Positions 30,514 to 42,172 of a DNA stretch of 50,011 bases are shown one piece after another. Below the pieces are notes generated by a model. That model was not told where the DNA came from. It was given only the letters and a program-made list of their open reading frames with translations, and did no database searches. Both the position numbers and the translations under genes were made by a program. Origin of the DNA: Callorhinchus milii (lineage: Eukaryota); NCBI RefSeq assembly GCF_018977255.1, contig NW_024705384.1:1-50011 (forward strand). Reading direction: 5' to 3'. Within the stretch, counting starts at the first letter, position 1. Every line of letters starts with the position of its first letter.

Positions 30514-32276
30514 TCTATATATATAAATCGCGAATCTGTCTGTCTATCTGTCTGTGTGTCTGTGTGTCTCCGGACCATACGCACTTTCATTGGACGCCGG
30601 TTGCACCTGCCAACGGCTAGCGACGCCTTCGCCGGTTTCATTGGACCTGGCAACGGCCAGCTACGACTTCGCTAAGGGCTGCACTTTCATTGGACGGCGG
30701 TTGCCCTGCCAACGGCTAGCCACGCCTTCGCCACTTTCATAGGCTCCGTAATTAATTAAATAATAGCCATTAAACAGTATTGTTGGAGCGCTGAGGGGGG
30801 GGGAAGGAACGCCACCCGTACCCTGCCTCTGCAGTGCCCAATTTTGGCGAGGCCGCAGGCTCTGCACTACCCAACACCACACTCTGAGGTTAATTCATCA
30901 AAGTTTTTCGTACTCTTCACTCCACCCCACCACAATGTGTGCAATTAATATTACTTTTAAACCCAACGCGCCAACAATCGATTACTTAAATGTTCACTGT
31001 ACAAATAGTCATTAAGCTGGGTCAGCGTACTGCCAGTCTATCATGTAGACTGTAGCCTGCTTATTAAGCTCGGTGAGCGTACTGCCACTCTATCATGTAC
31101 ACTCTAGCCTGCTTATGAAGCTGAGTGCGTGTACTGGCAGTCTATAATGTGGACTGTTGCCTGCTTATTATAATCGATTCTTTATATGTTCTTTGTACAA
31201 ATAGTCATTAAGCTGGTTGAGCGCCCCCAGTTCGATTCCAACTCACGCCCACCACCGCTGACGATTATTTGAAACGGACCTGGGCCTCCCCTAGGTCGAC
31301 TCAGCCTCAAACGCGTAACTGCTGTCGTGTGTGAACATCGTCACTGGGGAGACAAAGGCGGCCGGGCATCGTGGATCCAAGTCCCGGGCGAAGCCGGGTC
31401 ATGTCTATGTGTGTATGTGTTTATGTGTATGTCTGTGTGTCTGTATGTATGTGTGTATGTATGTGTGTGTATGTGTTTGTGTGTATGTGTGTGTGTATGT
31501 ATGTGCGTTTTTTTGTATGTCTTTATGTGTATGTCTGCGTGTCTGTATGTATGTGTGTATGTACGCGTGTGCATGTGTTTGTGTGTATGTATGTGTGTGT
31601 CTATGTATGTGTGTATGTGTTTCTGTGTATGTATGTGTGTGTATGTATGTGTGTTATGTGTGTGTCTGCATGTATGTGTGTGTGTATTGTGTATGTGTTT
31701 GTATGTGTTTGTGTGTTTACGCTCGCATTACACAAATGTGTTGCAGGTCTAAGGCGTTCCTTGCGCAGCATTGCCGCTCCCTGAAAGTCGTGTGTGTCTG
31801 CAGCAAGCGCGTGTATGTGTACTATGGACGCGCGCGCGTGTGTTGTGTAGGGGGAACGGTAGTGTAGTGCTTAGCGTGCTGTCTGTGTCTGTGTGTGTGT
31901 CTGTGTGTGTGTCTGTGTGTGTGTCTGTGTGTGTGCGTGTGTGGTGTGTGGGGAGCGGTAGTGTACTGCTTAGCGTGTGTGTGTGTGTGTGGTGTCTGTC
32001 TGTGTGTGTCTGCGTGTGTCTGTGTGTGTGTCTGTGTGTGTGTCTGTGCGTGTGTGGTGTGTGAGGATCGGTGGGTGTAGTGCTTCACGCTACGCTGCGC
32101 TACCAACCCGGCGAACCCAGTTCGATTCCGTCACGGCCACCACCGGTGACCATTATTTGAACCCCCTAGGTCGACTCTGCCTCAAACGAGTACTGTGTGC
32201 GTATTAACATCGCCACTGGGGAGACAAAGGCGGCCGGCCGCTGGTGGATACAAGTCCGGGCGAAGCGGTAGTACTA
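30514..32276 (+). mobile_element. Probable non-autonomous Helitron with captured SINE pieces and a duplicated 3' end
   Basis: 5' A|TCTATATATATAAA plus (tgtc)n; 3' GC hairpin cccgggcgaagccggg..cta at 31383-31407 and again ccgggcgaagcgg..cta at 32256-32276. Confidence 0.5.
31405..32062. repeat. Degenerate (TG)n-rich microsatellite
   Basis: Directly visible. Confidence 0.95.
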
Positions 32277-32449
32277 TAAACCACCCTATACCTTATACAT
32301 TTTAATATAACACTGTATTATTCTACCCACCTTAATGTGTATCACACTGCTATATATTTACTATACAATTACGATACTATATATTACTTTGTACATTGTA
32401 TTAAGCATATAAATGTTATACTATTTGTTATTATACACTGTACCATTGA

Positions 32450-34531
32450 CCGTCGTGTCAATGGATGAGTAGTGAGGGGAAACTTGCAGCGGAGCAAAGA
32501 ATCTATTCCCTGCGGAGAATACAATGCCAGTGAGTGGAACGCGGTCTGAAAGTCACCGTAAATGTGAACACAATCAGTTAAGATCCGAAATGGTTTATTA
32601 CGTCCTTCCAATGATTGCTAAGCCAGAATCCATCTTCTCGGTTGAAATTGTCTCTGTGTTTGTATATGTGGATAGCCTCATGAACGAATCTCTCATGAAA
32701 GCCAGTTGGCTTGCAGAGAACCTCTGTCTTGGAGAAGTCAATGTCATGTGAGCCCACTGAATTGTAACAGTGATCTGCCACGGCTGAGGAGTTTGTCCTA
32801 CCGTGTTTCAGGTCTGCTTTATGTTCACGGATGCGGTCCGAGACATGTCGTTTGGTTTCTCCAATGTAACTGCTACCACAGAGGCAACTTAGTTTGTAGA
32901 CGCCAGGGTACTGTATGTCTGGAACCACATCTTTTACAGACGGGACCAGATCACGGATTTTTTGTACTGTGTTGAATCGGACCTGGATCTTGTGTTTAAT
33001 CAGGATTTGGAGATCTTTTTTGTGACCCCAGCAATGTAGGGTAAGGTGATGGTCTTGAAAGGCTCCTCAACAGGATTCTTCTTGATGGTTGGAGTGATGG
33101 CCTTGCGGATTGTGTAGTCGGAGTAACCATTAGCCTTAAGAGTTTGGCGTACGTGTTTGAGTTCACTGGCAATGTGTTCCTGGTCGGAAATGCATTGGGC
33201 TCTATGGTATAGAGTCTTGATGAGGGAATTCTTCTGCGATGGATGGTGGTGGGAATCCGGTTTTAGGTAAGCATCCGTATGGGTGGCTTTCCTGTAGACA
33301 GAGTGGCTCATTGAACCATCAGGTCTCCTTTTAATTAGGACATCCAAAAAGGGTAGCTTGCCATCTTTTTCGACTTCCATGGTGAATCTGATGGCTGTGT
33401 GTATGGAATTGATGTGGTCGAGAAATTGGTTTAGAGCAGGCCGGCCATGTGGCCAGATGACAAAAGTGTCATCTACGTACCTCCATAAGGTCGGGCGTAG
33501 AGTGGCAGTCTGGATGGCGTCAGTCTCAAATTTCTCCATGAAGATGTTGGCTACAACCGGAGATAGGGGGAGCCCATTGGGGTGCCCTCAATTTGCTTGT
33601 AGAAAGTTCCATTCCAGGTGAAGTATGTATTGGTTAAGCAGTGTCTCACCAGGGGGGTACCCCAGCATTCAGTCCTTGATGAACCAAGTCTTCAATGATT
33701 GCGATGGTGTCAGGTACAGGAACTTTGGTGAATAAGGAAACCACATCAAAACTGACAAGCAGGTCCTCTGGGGACAGGGCAATCCCCTTGATTGTCGATA
33801 CCAGGTCAGTAGAGTTTAGTACCGCAGAGGTGGTTTTTCCAGTGAAAGGCCGTAGGATTTCAGACAAAAAACAAGCCAGTTTATAGGTGGGGGAGTTGAT
33901 AGTAGAGACAATGGGACGAAGAGGTGTATCTTCTTTATGTATCTTTGGCAAGCCGTATAATCTTGGTGGCCTGGCTGCAGAAGGTTTCAACGAGAACTGT
34001 TTGGTCTGATCAATTAATGCGGTTGAGTCAGAAATGATTTGCTTGGTTTTAGAGACGAGGCTGTTGGTGGGGTCTCTTTTTTATTTTTGTATAGCTGCCA
34101 TCGTTGAGTAGTTCTTGGATTTTGTAGTTGTATTCTGTTTTGTCCATGATGACAGTGGCATTGCCTTTGTTGGCTGAGAGGATGACAATGTCATCCCTCT
34201 TTTTTAATTGATCTAATTCAAAACGCTCATCTTTGCTGATGTTGCTAGCTGGCATCTTAGCGTTTTTGAGAGTTGCAAAGATTTCAGATCTTGCTACGTC
34301 TGCAGCGATGTGACTCAGGCCCTTGAGAGCTACATCTACTCGAGCAATTATATCATTAACTGGTATGTGTCTAGGTGTGACTGCAAAGTTTAGTCCTTTA
34401 GCTAAAACGGATTTCAGACCTTCAGAAATAGAACTGTTACTGCGATTAATTACGACTTTGTTAACATCTAGCTTTTTAATGTGTGGGTCCCGTTTTTTGG
34501 TTGAGAGGCGGTTGAATTTGGAAATCAAGTT
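32450..34531 (-). mobile_element. Penelope-like retroelement (Poseidon-like), RT plus GIY-YIG endonuclease, 5'-truncated and frameshifted
   Basis: LAKGLNFAVTP, LYGLPKIHK..PLRPI, SFDVVSLFT, WRYVDDTF, PFLD, YRK.THT and GVYKLSCLCGSSYIGETKR motifs across four ORF fragments. Confidence 0.95.
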
Positions 34532-34540
34532 GTATTATGC

Positions 34541-34942
34541 CTTTGATATGCTAATCGGATGTGCTGCGTGTTGCGGCGTTTATTCTAATTAAACCCTTTC
34601 TCATGCATCGCGCCGTGGTCTTGTGCATTTTGCAGCGGCGTCCATCACCACGGCCTGCTGTGGAAGTTAAGCGCGGAGCCTCCGCATGTCTCCACCACCT
34701 GCCCCATCAATTGCGCACTATGCGTCCGAGTCGCCTCTCTGGTCTCCGGAAACCGTGAAAGTTAATCCCGATAAGGGTTTCTCGGATAAAAACCTCCCCT
34801 GGGGGGGGGGGGGGGGGAAATGCGTGCGGGTGTGTTCATGTGAGGTGAGGTGAGGGGGGACGCGGGGTCGGCTCCGTCGCTTGGTGGTGGCGAGGTCGTA
34901 GATGGGGCGCCTGCTGAACGGCTTCGTGGCGGCGACATCACA
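34541..34942 (-). repeat. Proximal part of the Gypsy 2 3' LTR
   Basis: Shares gatatgctaatc, ccggaaaccgtga..ttaatcccgataaggg.tctcggataaaa and gcgtgcgggtgtgt with 41265-41785; ends CACA next to tagcccccc (PPT on -). Confidence 0.75.
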
Positions 34943-35513
34943 TAGCCCCCCGAGGTGCCAGTCCCCGTCCCGGGTTGACTGGAGCACCTCGCTTGGGCCG
35001 CGCCCACGAGGAAACGCTGCGGGGTCCGGGGGATCCGTCCGGACCTCGTGGCTGGTCTCGGGGTGGGTGGCTCCGTCCTCTGTAGCTCCTGCGGCGGCCT
35101 CCTCCTCCACTCCAGCGGCTCTCCCTGTCCCTCGGTACCTGCGGGCTGGGGCACAAACTCAGCAGCAGAAGGGTTTAGGAGCCGTCGTCCGCGTCGTCTC
35201 CTGACTGGATCGGGGTGTCTCGGGGGCCCGGCGGGGCCCATGTAGTGTGCGAGGCCCTCCAACACGAGGGGTGCGGGTACTCCGGGATTTCGGGGCCTTC
35301 GGGTGACGGGGTTCTCTCTCGCCGGGGCCGCTTTCCATGGTTTTAAGCGGCGGACATTGACCACCGTCTCTCGACCCCTCTCCCCGCCATAAATTAGTAC
35401 CGTCCAGGGGGAGATCTGTCGCACCACGGTCCAGGGTCCCCGCCAGTAGGTCGTCAGTTTCCCCACCTGCCCGGCCCCGACGCGAGGGGTGTGTAGCCAC
35501 ACCTTAGCGCCTG

Positions 35514-38500
35514 TCAGGAATAAGGGGGGTTCCATGCGGGGTCGGGTGCCCTGTTCCTGCCGCCGATGCGCGGCTTCCCCTTGCGGGTATGCTCGGCCTC
35601 GGGCTTCTCGCAGGGTCTCCAACAGGTGTTCCACGGGGCGGCTTCCCTCCTCCGGCTGGGGGAAGGGACGCCGAATAGCAGATCTGCGGGTAAACGAGAC
35701 TCACGGCCGAACATCATTAAAAACGGGGTTTGTCCCGTCGACGTGTGTACGGTGGTGGCGTAGGCGAAAAGGGCGTAGGGGAGGTGTTCATCCCAATCCC
35801 GTTGATTTGCGGCCGCCATACGTTTGAGTTTCCCCGCTAAGGTCTGATTCATGCGCTCCACCATACCGTTCGCCTGGGGGTGGTACGCTGTGGTTCGGTC
35901 CTTCTGGATTCCGAACTCTCGGCACAGTGCCTGGAACAACTCGGCCTCGAACTCGCTACCCTGGTCGGTGAGGACTCGTTCTGGGATCCCGTGCTTAAGT
36001 ACGTAGTGTTCCACAAATGCCCGGGCCACCACCAAGGCCGTTTTATCAGGGATGGCCACTGCCACGGGGTAGCGGGTGAAATACTCTACTGCGACTAGGA
36101 TATATCGGTTGCCTCGATGGGATCGCGGGAATGGCCCCTGTAGGTCGATCCCGACCAGCTGATTCGTGCGGCTGACGCGGAACGGCCTTAGGGGTACCTG
36201 GTATCGTGCCGGTTTCGGCCCGCACTGCTGACAGGCGCGGCAGCCCTGTACCCAGGCCGCCACGTCTTGTGCCAATTTGGGCCAGAGATACTGGCGACGC
36301 AGGGTCTCTCGAGTACGTCGTTCCCCATCGTGGCCCCCGAGTGGGTGGTCATGCACCAGCCGTAGCAGCTGGGGTCGCACCTGGGCAGGAACACAGATGC
36401 ACCCCGGCTGGCCGGCCTCGGTTAACTCCCGTACCACTCCGTTCTGCACACACAACCGGGCATACAAACCGCTCCAGGGTCCTGGTAGGGCGCTCTTTTC
36501 CTCCCGCAGTGCCGCCTCCACTGCCGCCAGATCCGGATCTCGCTGCTGGGTCTGTCTCAGCTGCTCGTCGTTTAGGCCCGGGAAGGCGCAGCCGACGTCC
36601 TCCTGGATCCGTCCGATCGGGTCCCGAGCCGCGGGTCCCGCGCTTGCCGGGCGGTCGACGGGATCCTCAGTGCCACCTGTGAGGGTTTCTGTGGCGCACA
36701 CTGCACTCTCTCTCGCTGGGGGGGGGTCAGTGGCCGCGGCCTCTCGGGGGTCCGTTGCCTGCCGGCAGCGTCCCCCCGTGAAACACGGGCAGGCCTCCTC
36801 CGCCCTCGTCTCGGCGTACACCGTGGGTCGCCTCGACAAGGCGTCCGCGTTTGCATGCGTCCGGCCAGCCCGATACTCGATTTGCAGGTTGTACTCCTGC
36901 AACTGCGCCAACCACCGGGCCATCTGCCCCCGCGGCTCCTTGAATGTAAGAAGAAACTGCAGAGCATAATGGTCAGTGCGTACGCGACATCTCCTGCCGT
37001 ACAAATACGGCCGGAACTGTTTGCATGCGAAAATCACGGCGTACAACTCTTGGCGGGTCACGCAATAGTTCAGCTCGGCCCCACTCAAGGTCCGGCTGGC
37101 GTACGCGATGACTCGTTCCGTCCCATCCTGTACCTGTGACAACACCGCGCCCAGCCCGCTGCTGCAGGCGTCGGTGTCCAAAATAAAATCGGTGGTAAAA
37201 TCGGGGAAAGCGAGGGTGGGGGCGTGGGTGAGGTGGTCTTTGAGAGTGGTGAAGGCCGTCTGGCAGGCCCCCGTCCACTGATAGGGGTGCTTAGGGGAGG
37301 TGAGTTGGGTGAGGGGGCGTGCAATCTCGCTGAATCCCTTTACAAATCGACGATAATAGGTGGCGAGCCCCAAAAATGATCTGATCTCCGTCAGATTCCT
37401 TGGCCGTGGCCACTCCACTACGGCGCGTACCTTCTCCGGATCGGTGCGCACGCCTGCCTCGCTGACGCGATGCCCGAGGTACCCCACCTCGCGTTGTGCG
37501 ATGTAACACTTACGTGGCTTGAGCTTGAGATGAGCCGCTCGCAGTCGCTGGAACACCTCTCGAAGCCTGGACCAATGCTCAGACAAAGATCTACTGAACA
37601 CTATCACATCGTCCAAGTAAATCAGGCACTGTTCCCATTGCAAACCCCGCATCACCAACTCCATCAACCGCTGGAACGTCGCGGGCGCGTTAGTGAGTCC
37701 GAACGGCAACACTCGAAACTCAAACAGGCCCATCGGGGTGGTGAATGCTGTTTTTGGCCGATCCTCCTCCGTCATCTCCACCTGCCAGTAACCGGACGCC
37801 AGATCGAGGGTGGAAAAATACCGCGCTCCTGCGAGACTGTCGAAGGTGTCGTCGATGCGGGGTATGGGGAAGGCATCGCCGAGCGTGACTGCATTTAGTT
37901 TACGGTAATCGACGCAGAACCGGGTTGACCCATCCTTTTTCGTTACTAGTACCACCGGGGCTGACCAGGGGCTCGCCGAGGGCTGAATTATGTTATCGCG
38001 AAGCATGTCCCCAACTGCCTCTTTGATTTGGGCGCGTTCGGGTGCGCCCACTCGGTACGCAGGGAGTTTGATGGGTCGGGCTGCACCGGTGTCAATTTGG
38101 TGCTTAACAAGATCGGTCCGACCCACGTCCGAGTCGTGTTCACTGAATACGTCGGCATACTCCCGCAGTAACTCGCGCAGCCGATCGGCCTCTCCCTTAG
38201 GTAAATCCGCCCATGGTACATGTAACGCGTCGAGCAGGGGAACGACCTCGGCTCGGGGAGTCGGGCCGACTCGCCAGGCCAGGTCCTGCTCACCCTCAGG
38301 ACGACCGGGGTCCTCAGCCCAGAGTGCGAACACCGAGTCGTTAGAGTGGCGTGCGTGCAGGGGGTGTACTGTGGCTATCGGGGTGCGCCGTCGCAGTATC
38401 GCTGGGGTATTGTGGGGGTTAAACATCCGCATAAACAATCGGTCCCCATCTGCGTTTACCAACGTGGCGGATCCCACAACCCCATACCGTTTTGCCAACT

Positions 38501-39113
38501 CCGGGTGAGGAGTTAGCATTACCTCCCCTGATGGTCGGAGCGCGGGGTCGGTGGGGGATGTTGCCACCGGCACCAGCATCTCGGTGAGCGGGCCGATGGT
38601 GACTGCCGTCGCCAGGATAGCGGCCACAGGTGCATAGCGGCGGCGCGTTGGTTCTCGTCCCAGGAACGGTATCCGCTCGCCGTTGCTCTCCATGGTGGCG
38701 CATCGCTGGCGGGGTTGCACGTTGAGTCCCAACCGTTCTAGGAGGTCGGTGCCTGCGATACACTCGTGACACAACGCACTCGACACGTAGAACTCCTGCG
38801 TGCACACCTGGCTGCCTATGCGGACCTCTAGGGTGGCTCTCCCCAGCAGCCCCATTCCGGCTCCGCTCGCCGTGTGCAGCGCGCGGTCCGGTGCCTGCAG
38901 GTGACGCACGTCGACCCCGATCGCGCTGCAGTGCGCTGCGCTCACGAGCGAGGCCACCGCCCCCGTGTCCAGCAGGATTCGGGTACGCACTCCGTTTACC
39001 TCCCCTTCCACCAGCGACGTGGCCCCCGTGATCCCCGCCACCAGCTCCCGCAGCCAGTCGCCAGGAGTCACCGTTTCTGTGGGCGTTGTTGCTGGAACCT
39101 GTGTGGAGATCAC
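35514..39113 (-). CDS. pol: Gypsy 2 pol polyprotein (PR LDTGA, RT YLDD, RNase H, integrase), 1199 aa; C-terminus continues after a frameshift in ORF 34762-35634
   Basis: Single open frame with all domain motifs; GPY/F-like WRGPW lies in the shifted frame. Confidence 0.95.
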   Translation of the reverse strand: MISTQVPATTPTETVTPGDWLRELVAGITGATSLVEGEVNGVRTRILLDTGAVASLVSAAHCSAIGVDVRHLQAPDRALHTASGAGMGLLGRATLEVRIGSQVCTQEFYVSSALCHECIAGTDLLERLGLNVQPRQRCATMESNGERIPFLGREPTRRRYAPVAAILATAVTIGPLTEMLVPVATSPTDPALRPSGEVMLTPHPELAKRYGVVGSATLVNADGDRLFMRMFNPHNTPAILRRRTPIATVHPLHARHSNDSVFALWAEDPGRPEGEQDLAWRVGPTPRAEVVPLLDALHVPWADLPKGEADRLRELLREYADVFSEHDSDVGRTDLVKHQIDTGAARPIKLPAYRVGAPERAQIKEAVGDMLRDNIIQPSASPWSAPVVLVTKKDGSTRFCVDYRKLNAVTLGDAFPIPRIDDTFDSLAGARYFSTLDLASGYWQVEMTEEDRPKTAFTTPMGLFEFRVLPFGLTNAPATFQRLMELVMRGLQWEQCLIYLDDVIVFSRSLSEHWSRLREVFQRLRAAHLKLKPRKCYIAQREVGYLGHRVSEAGVRTDPEKVRAVVEWPRPRNLTEIRSFLGLATYYRRFVKGFSEIARPLTQLTSPKHPYQWTGACQTAFTTLKDHLTHAPTLAFPDFTTDFILDTDACSSGLGAVLSQVQDGTERVIAYASRTLSGAELNYCVTRQELYAVIFACKQFRPYLYGRRCRVRTDHYALQFLLTFKEPRGQMARWLAQLQEYNLQIEYRAGRTHANADALSRRPTVYAETRAEEACPCFTGGRCRQATDPREAAATDPPPARESAVCATETLTGGTEDPVDRPASAGPAARDPIGRIQEDVGCAFPGLNDEQLRQTQQRDPDLAAVEAALREEKSALPGPWSGLYARLCVQNGVVRELTEAGQPGCICVPAQVRPQLLRLVHDHPLGGHDGERRTRETLRRQYLWPKLAQDVAAWVQGCRACQQCGPKPARYQVPLRPFRVSRTNQLVGIDLQGPFPRSHRGNRYILVAVEYFTRYPVAVAIPDKTALVVARAFVEHYVLKHGIPERVLTDQGSEFEAELFQALCREFGIQKDRTTAYHPQANGMVERMNQTLAGKLKRMAAANQRDWDEHLPYALFAYATTVHTSTGQTPFLMMFGRESRLPADLLFGVPSPSRRREAAPWNTCWRPCEKPEAEHTRKGKPRIGGRNRAPDPAWNPPYS

Positions 39114-39183
39114 TCGCTCGCCATTATTCTCACAGCTTGTTTGTGTCGGGGCTACGTCGATTTCACCCCCGGTGGTCCCCTCT

Positions 39184-40296
39184 CTAGGGGGCCTTAGTGT
39201 TTGACCTTAGCTCTTGTCTAGCTCGGGCGACCTGAGGACAGTCCCTCACTAGATGCCCTCGGCGATCGCACATATAACATGCCCGGGGAGGGGTGGCGGC
39301 TCCGTAGTGGGCTCTCTGCCCACTCCCTCCTCCCCCAGTGCGCTGCTGCTCATACTCTGCTTCTAGTCGCGCTATCCTTCCAGTTAGCCCTCCTACCGTG
39401 GAGTCTAGGTCCCCCATTTCGGATCGGATGGTCTCGACGGAGGATTGCAGTTGGGTCATATTTTTATTCGTTTCCTCGCGTACCTGGGTTACCCTCTCAC
39501 CTACTTGGTTTACCTTGTTGTCTATCTGGGTTACCTGGCCGGAGACATCCTTTATACCCGTTTGTATACCGGCAACCCATCCCGGGGTTGTCTCGCGGGA
39601 CACTGGAGGCTCTCTTTCCCGGCCCCTTACCGTCCTCGCGAGCTCCTGTTCCTCCTCCTCGTCTTCCGAGAGCAGGCTCGCAATGGCGCGCTCTCGTCCC
39701 AGCCCCCGGAGCTGCGCGCGTTCGCTGTGAATTCTTTCACACTTACGTGCGCGCTCGACAAGGGCGTTAAAGGGAAGACGTGGGCAGCTCATGTCTGGCT
39801 GCCACCATGCCGTGCGAGACAGGTACCGCTGGATTTTCTCGGCGGCCAGTTCCTCAATAACATCAGTTGCGTACCCCGGGCGTGCGATCTTTGTTAACTC
39901 GCGCACATCCTCGGCGTAATCACGTAGATCTTCGCCAGGTTGGCGCCGGCGCGCCTCTAAGGCCGATTTTGCTTCCTCCTCGTCACGCGTGCCAAACCGC
40001 TGATCGAGTCGGCGCATCAGCTCCTCTAGCTGTGTCTGTGCGCTCGCGGGTAACGCTTCTACAAAATCGGCTGCCCGCCCATCAAGATTCATATTAAGTT
40101 GACGTACTGCCTGCGCGTCCGTCCATCCATTAATTTCCTTGGCCCCTAAGAGATTGCGGGCGAATGCCTTCCACGAAGGGGCCCCCCGGCCGGTAAATAT
40201 TAGTCTTATTTTAGCGTGAGGTAACGCGGGGGTCCGTACCGCTTCCGACACCAATTTGTGGGGGCCGTTGGCCCCCGGGGTCCCTCCCGCCTGCAT
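39184..40296 (-). CDS. gag: Gypsy 2 gag (coiled coil plus CCHC knuckle CYMCDRRGHLVRDC); true start uncertain
   Basis: 370-aa ORF directly upstream of pol; its first ATG lies inside the LTR. Confidence 0.9.
   Translation of the reverse strand: MQAGGTPGANGPHKLVSEAVRTPALPHAKIRLIFTGRGAPSWKAFARNLLGAKEINGWTDAQAVRQLNMNLDGRAADFVEALPASAQTQLEELMRRLDQRFGTRDEEEAKSALEARRRQPGEDLRDYAEDVRELTKIARPGYATDVIEELAAEKIQRYLSRTAWWQPDMSCPRLPFNALVERARKCERIHSERAQLRGLGRERAIASLLSEDEEEEQELARTVRGREREPPVSRETTPGWVAGIQTGIKDVSGQVTQIDNKVNQVGERVTQVREETNKNMTQLQSSVETIRSEMGDLDSTVGGLTGRIARLEAEYEQQRTGGGGSGQRAHYGAATPPRACYMCDRRGHLVRDCPQVARARQELRSNTKAP
40239..40253 (-). promoter_or_regulatory. Primer binding site, tRNA-Leu-like
   Basis: Minus strand TGGTGTCGGAAGCGG, 3 nt after the LTR end ...CACA. 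Confidence 0.75.
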
Positions 40297-41785
40297 CCCC
40301 TATTCGTTTACGCTACCCCACCTCCCTATTACCCGCTACGGTTTCGCCGGCATTCGAACGCGACACCCCTACTATTTACAGCCTCGCGCCGCGCTCCCAC
40401 GCTGCGAGCATACGTGCGCACATCATCGTCAATCAAACGCCGTGCTCGCAGTATAGCCCTGTGCGGCACGTTACCAATGCGCATCCGTATTATACACGTA
40501 GTGAACGTGCGCGCATACACGCATACAGCTCCACACGTGATACGCACTCTTGCGCCGCTCTGCGCAGCGCTCGCCGCCTGCTGGCCGCTTACGTTATGAG
40601 CGCGCACCTGGGGGACGCCGATTACGCACGCACGCCCACACACACGCCGCTCCGCGCACTCCAACTCAACTCACGTTATACTCGCGCACCTGTATCACAC
40701 ACGGAGTGAACACACGCGACACCCACTCTCGCACCGCTCTGCGCAGCGCTCCCCCGAGGCGAGCCGCAGCACCACAGAATCACTGCGTACCCACGCGCAA
40801 CCCGCGCGCTCAGCTCCGCGCAGCGCTCACTCACGTGGCGAACCACTGTGCACACAGCGCACCCACACGCTCACACTGCACGACAAGATCACGCGAGACC
40901 ACGCTTCGCTATTAATGATTTATTACCTGATAACTAATGTTGAATTAGTGAGTCGACGAGGCTGGCCTATTCCACTAAACCGGCACCTATTCCCTATTTA
41001 TCGGCTATGATTCTAATTCACCTTCTTACTCACTGTTAAGTGTCCACGGCGGTCCGCTGATCCTTGTGTTAACCGCGTGCCTCGGTGCGTCGCACGGACG
41101 TCCGGGTCGCTGGCTCGAGCTGCGTCTGGTCGCCTGGCGCTGGAGTAAGAGAGCGATTTCCCCTCTGCGCTCCTCTATTTATCCTCCCTACCTCCAAAGG
41201 GGATGCTGCGCTGAACAATGGGCTCGTGCACCCCAAGCCCGCGCACGGCAGTCCCCAGGCGCTGTTGATATGCTAATCAGTGAGCGACGTTGGCGGCGTA
41301 CATCCTAATTACTCCCTTACCCTTCCTAACAATGGGGCCTGCGCGCTCAAGCGCAATTATCCCAACCCCCCATGACTATGCGCAACAGCCCCTGTGACCC
41401 CGCTATTCATGCTGTCTCGTGCCTCCCCTGCTTGCCCCGTCGACTCGTGGGGGTGTGTGTGGGGGGAAATGCGCCTCAACCGCGGTGGCCGAATGCCCCA
41501 CGCCGCGACCACACCATATTAAGGCCGGCAGCAGCGCCGCGGTACCACGTAGCACGGGGGAGGTCATCCAATTCCCTGATCGCCGGAAACCGTGAGAATT
41601 AATCCCGATAAGGGTCTCTCGGATAAAAACCGGTCGATCAGGTAACCTTCCCTTCCAGCTCTATGGGGGGGGGGGGATGCGTGCGGGTGTGTGCTTATGT
41701 GGGGCGGGTGATGGGGGGCAGTGCGGTGGGGGAAGCCGGGCGGCTCCCTGGCTCGGCAGAGCGGCCCCGTCGCTGTGGCACCACA
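40257..41785 (-). repeat. 5' LTR of Gypsy 2 (~1.5 kb)
   Basis: TGTGG...CCACA termini, adjacent PBS, minus-strand AATAAA at 40919-40924. Confidence 0.8.
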
Positions 41786-42168
41786 TCTTCTTCCACTGAA
41801 GTCACCGCTGCCGTGATTCTGTTTTTGAGGTCATCCAGATTAGTCGCTAATGGTGGCATAAAAACACGGTCTTTGACGTATCCCCACAAGAAAAAGTCGC
41901 AGGGTGTGGTGATGTCTGGGGATCTTGGGGGCCAAGAGTGTAGCATTAAGTCTTGGGGTCCCGTGCGACCTATCCAACGTTGAGGCAGTGTGTCTTGCGA
42001 ATGACTGAGGCTAGGGGCTGTTTGTGCGCTGGGATAGGCATCAAGCGGTAATCATTTGAAACTCTATGCCCCGCCCTTTCAAGTGGTAAGAGTTTCATTC
42101 ATGGGCGGTTCGTGGTTGCAGAGATATAGCGATTTCAAATCGGGTCCATCTCTTTTAAACACCCTGTA
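41786..42168 (-). mobile_element. Tc1/mariner (IS630-like) transposon relic
   Basis: RWIGRTGP..WPPRSPDITTPCDFFLWGYVKDRVF transposase C-terminus; TIR-like end ...aacaccctgta. Confidence 0.8.
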
Positions 42169-42172
42169 TTTA

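Larger units (their letters stand above)
29559..41785 (-). mobile_element. Gypsy/Ty3 LTR retrotransposon 2 (long LTRs; 3' LTR interrupted)
   Basis: 5' LTR 40257-41785, PBS 40239-40253, gag, pol, PPT ~34943-34951, 3' LTR in two parts 34541-34942 and 29559-30054. Confidence 0.85.

Noticed and set aside
31327..32207. Cys/Val-rich ORFs
   Set aside because: Translations of a (TG)n microsatellite.
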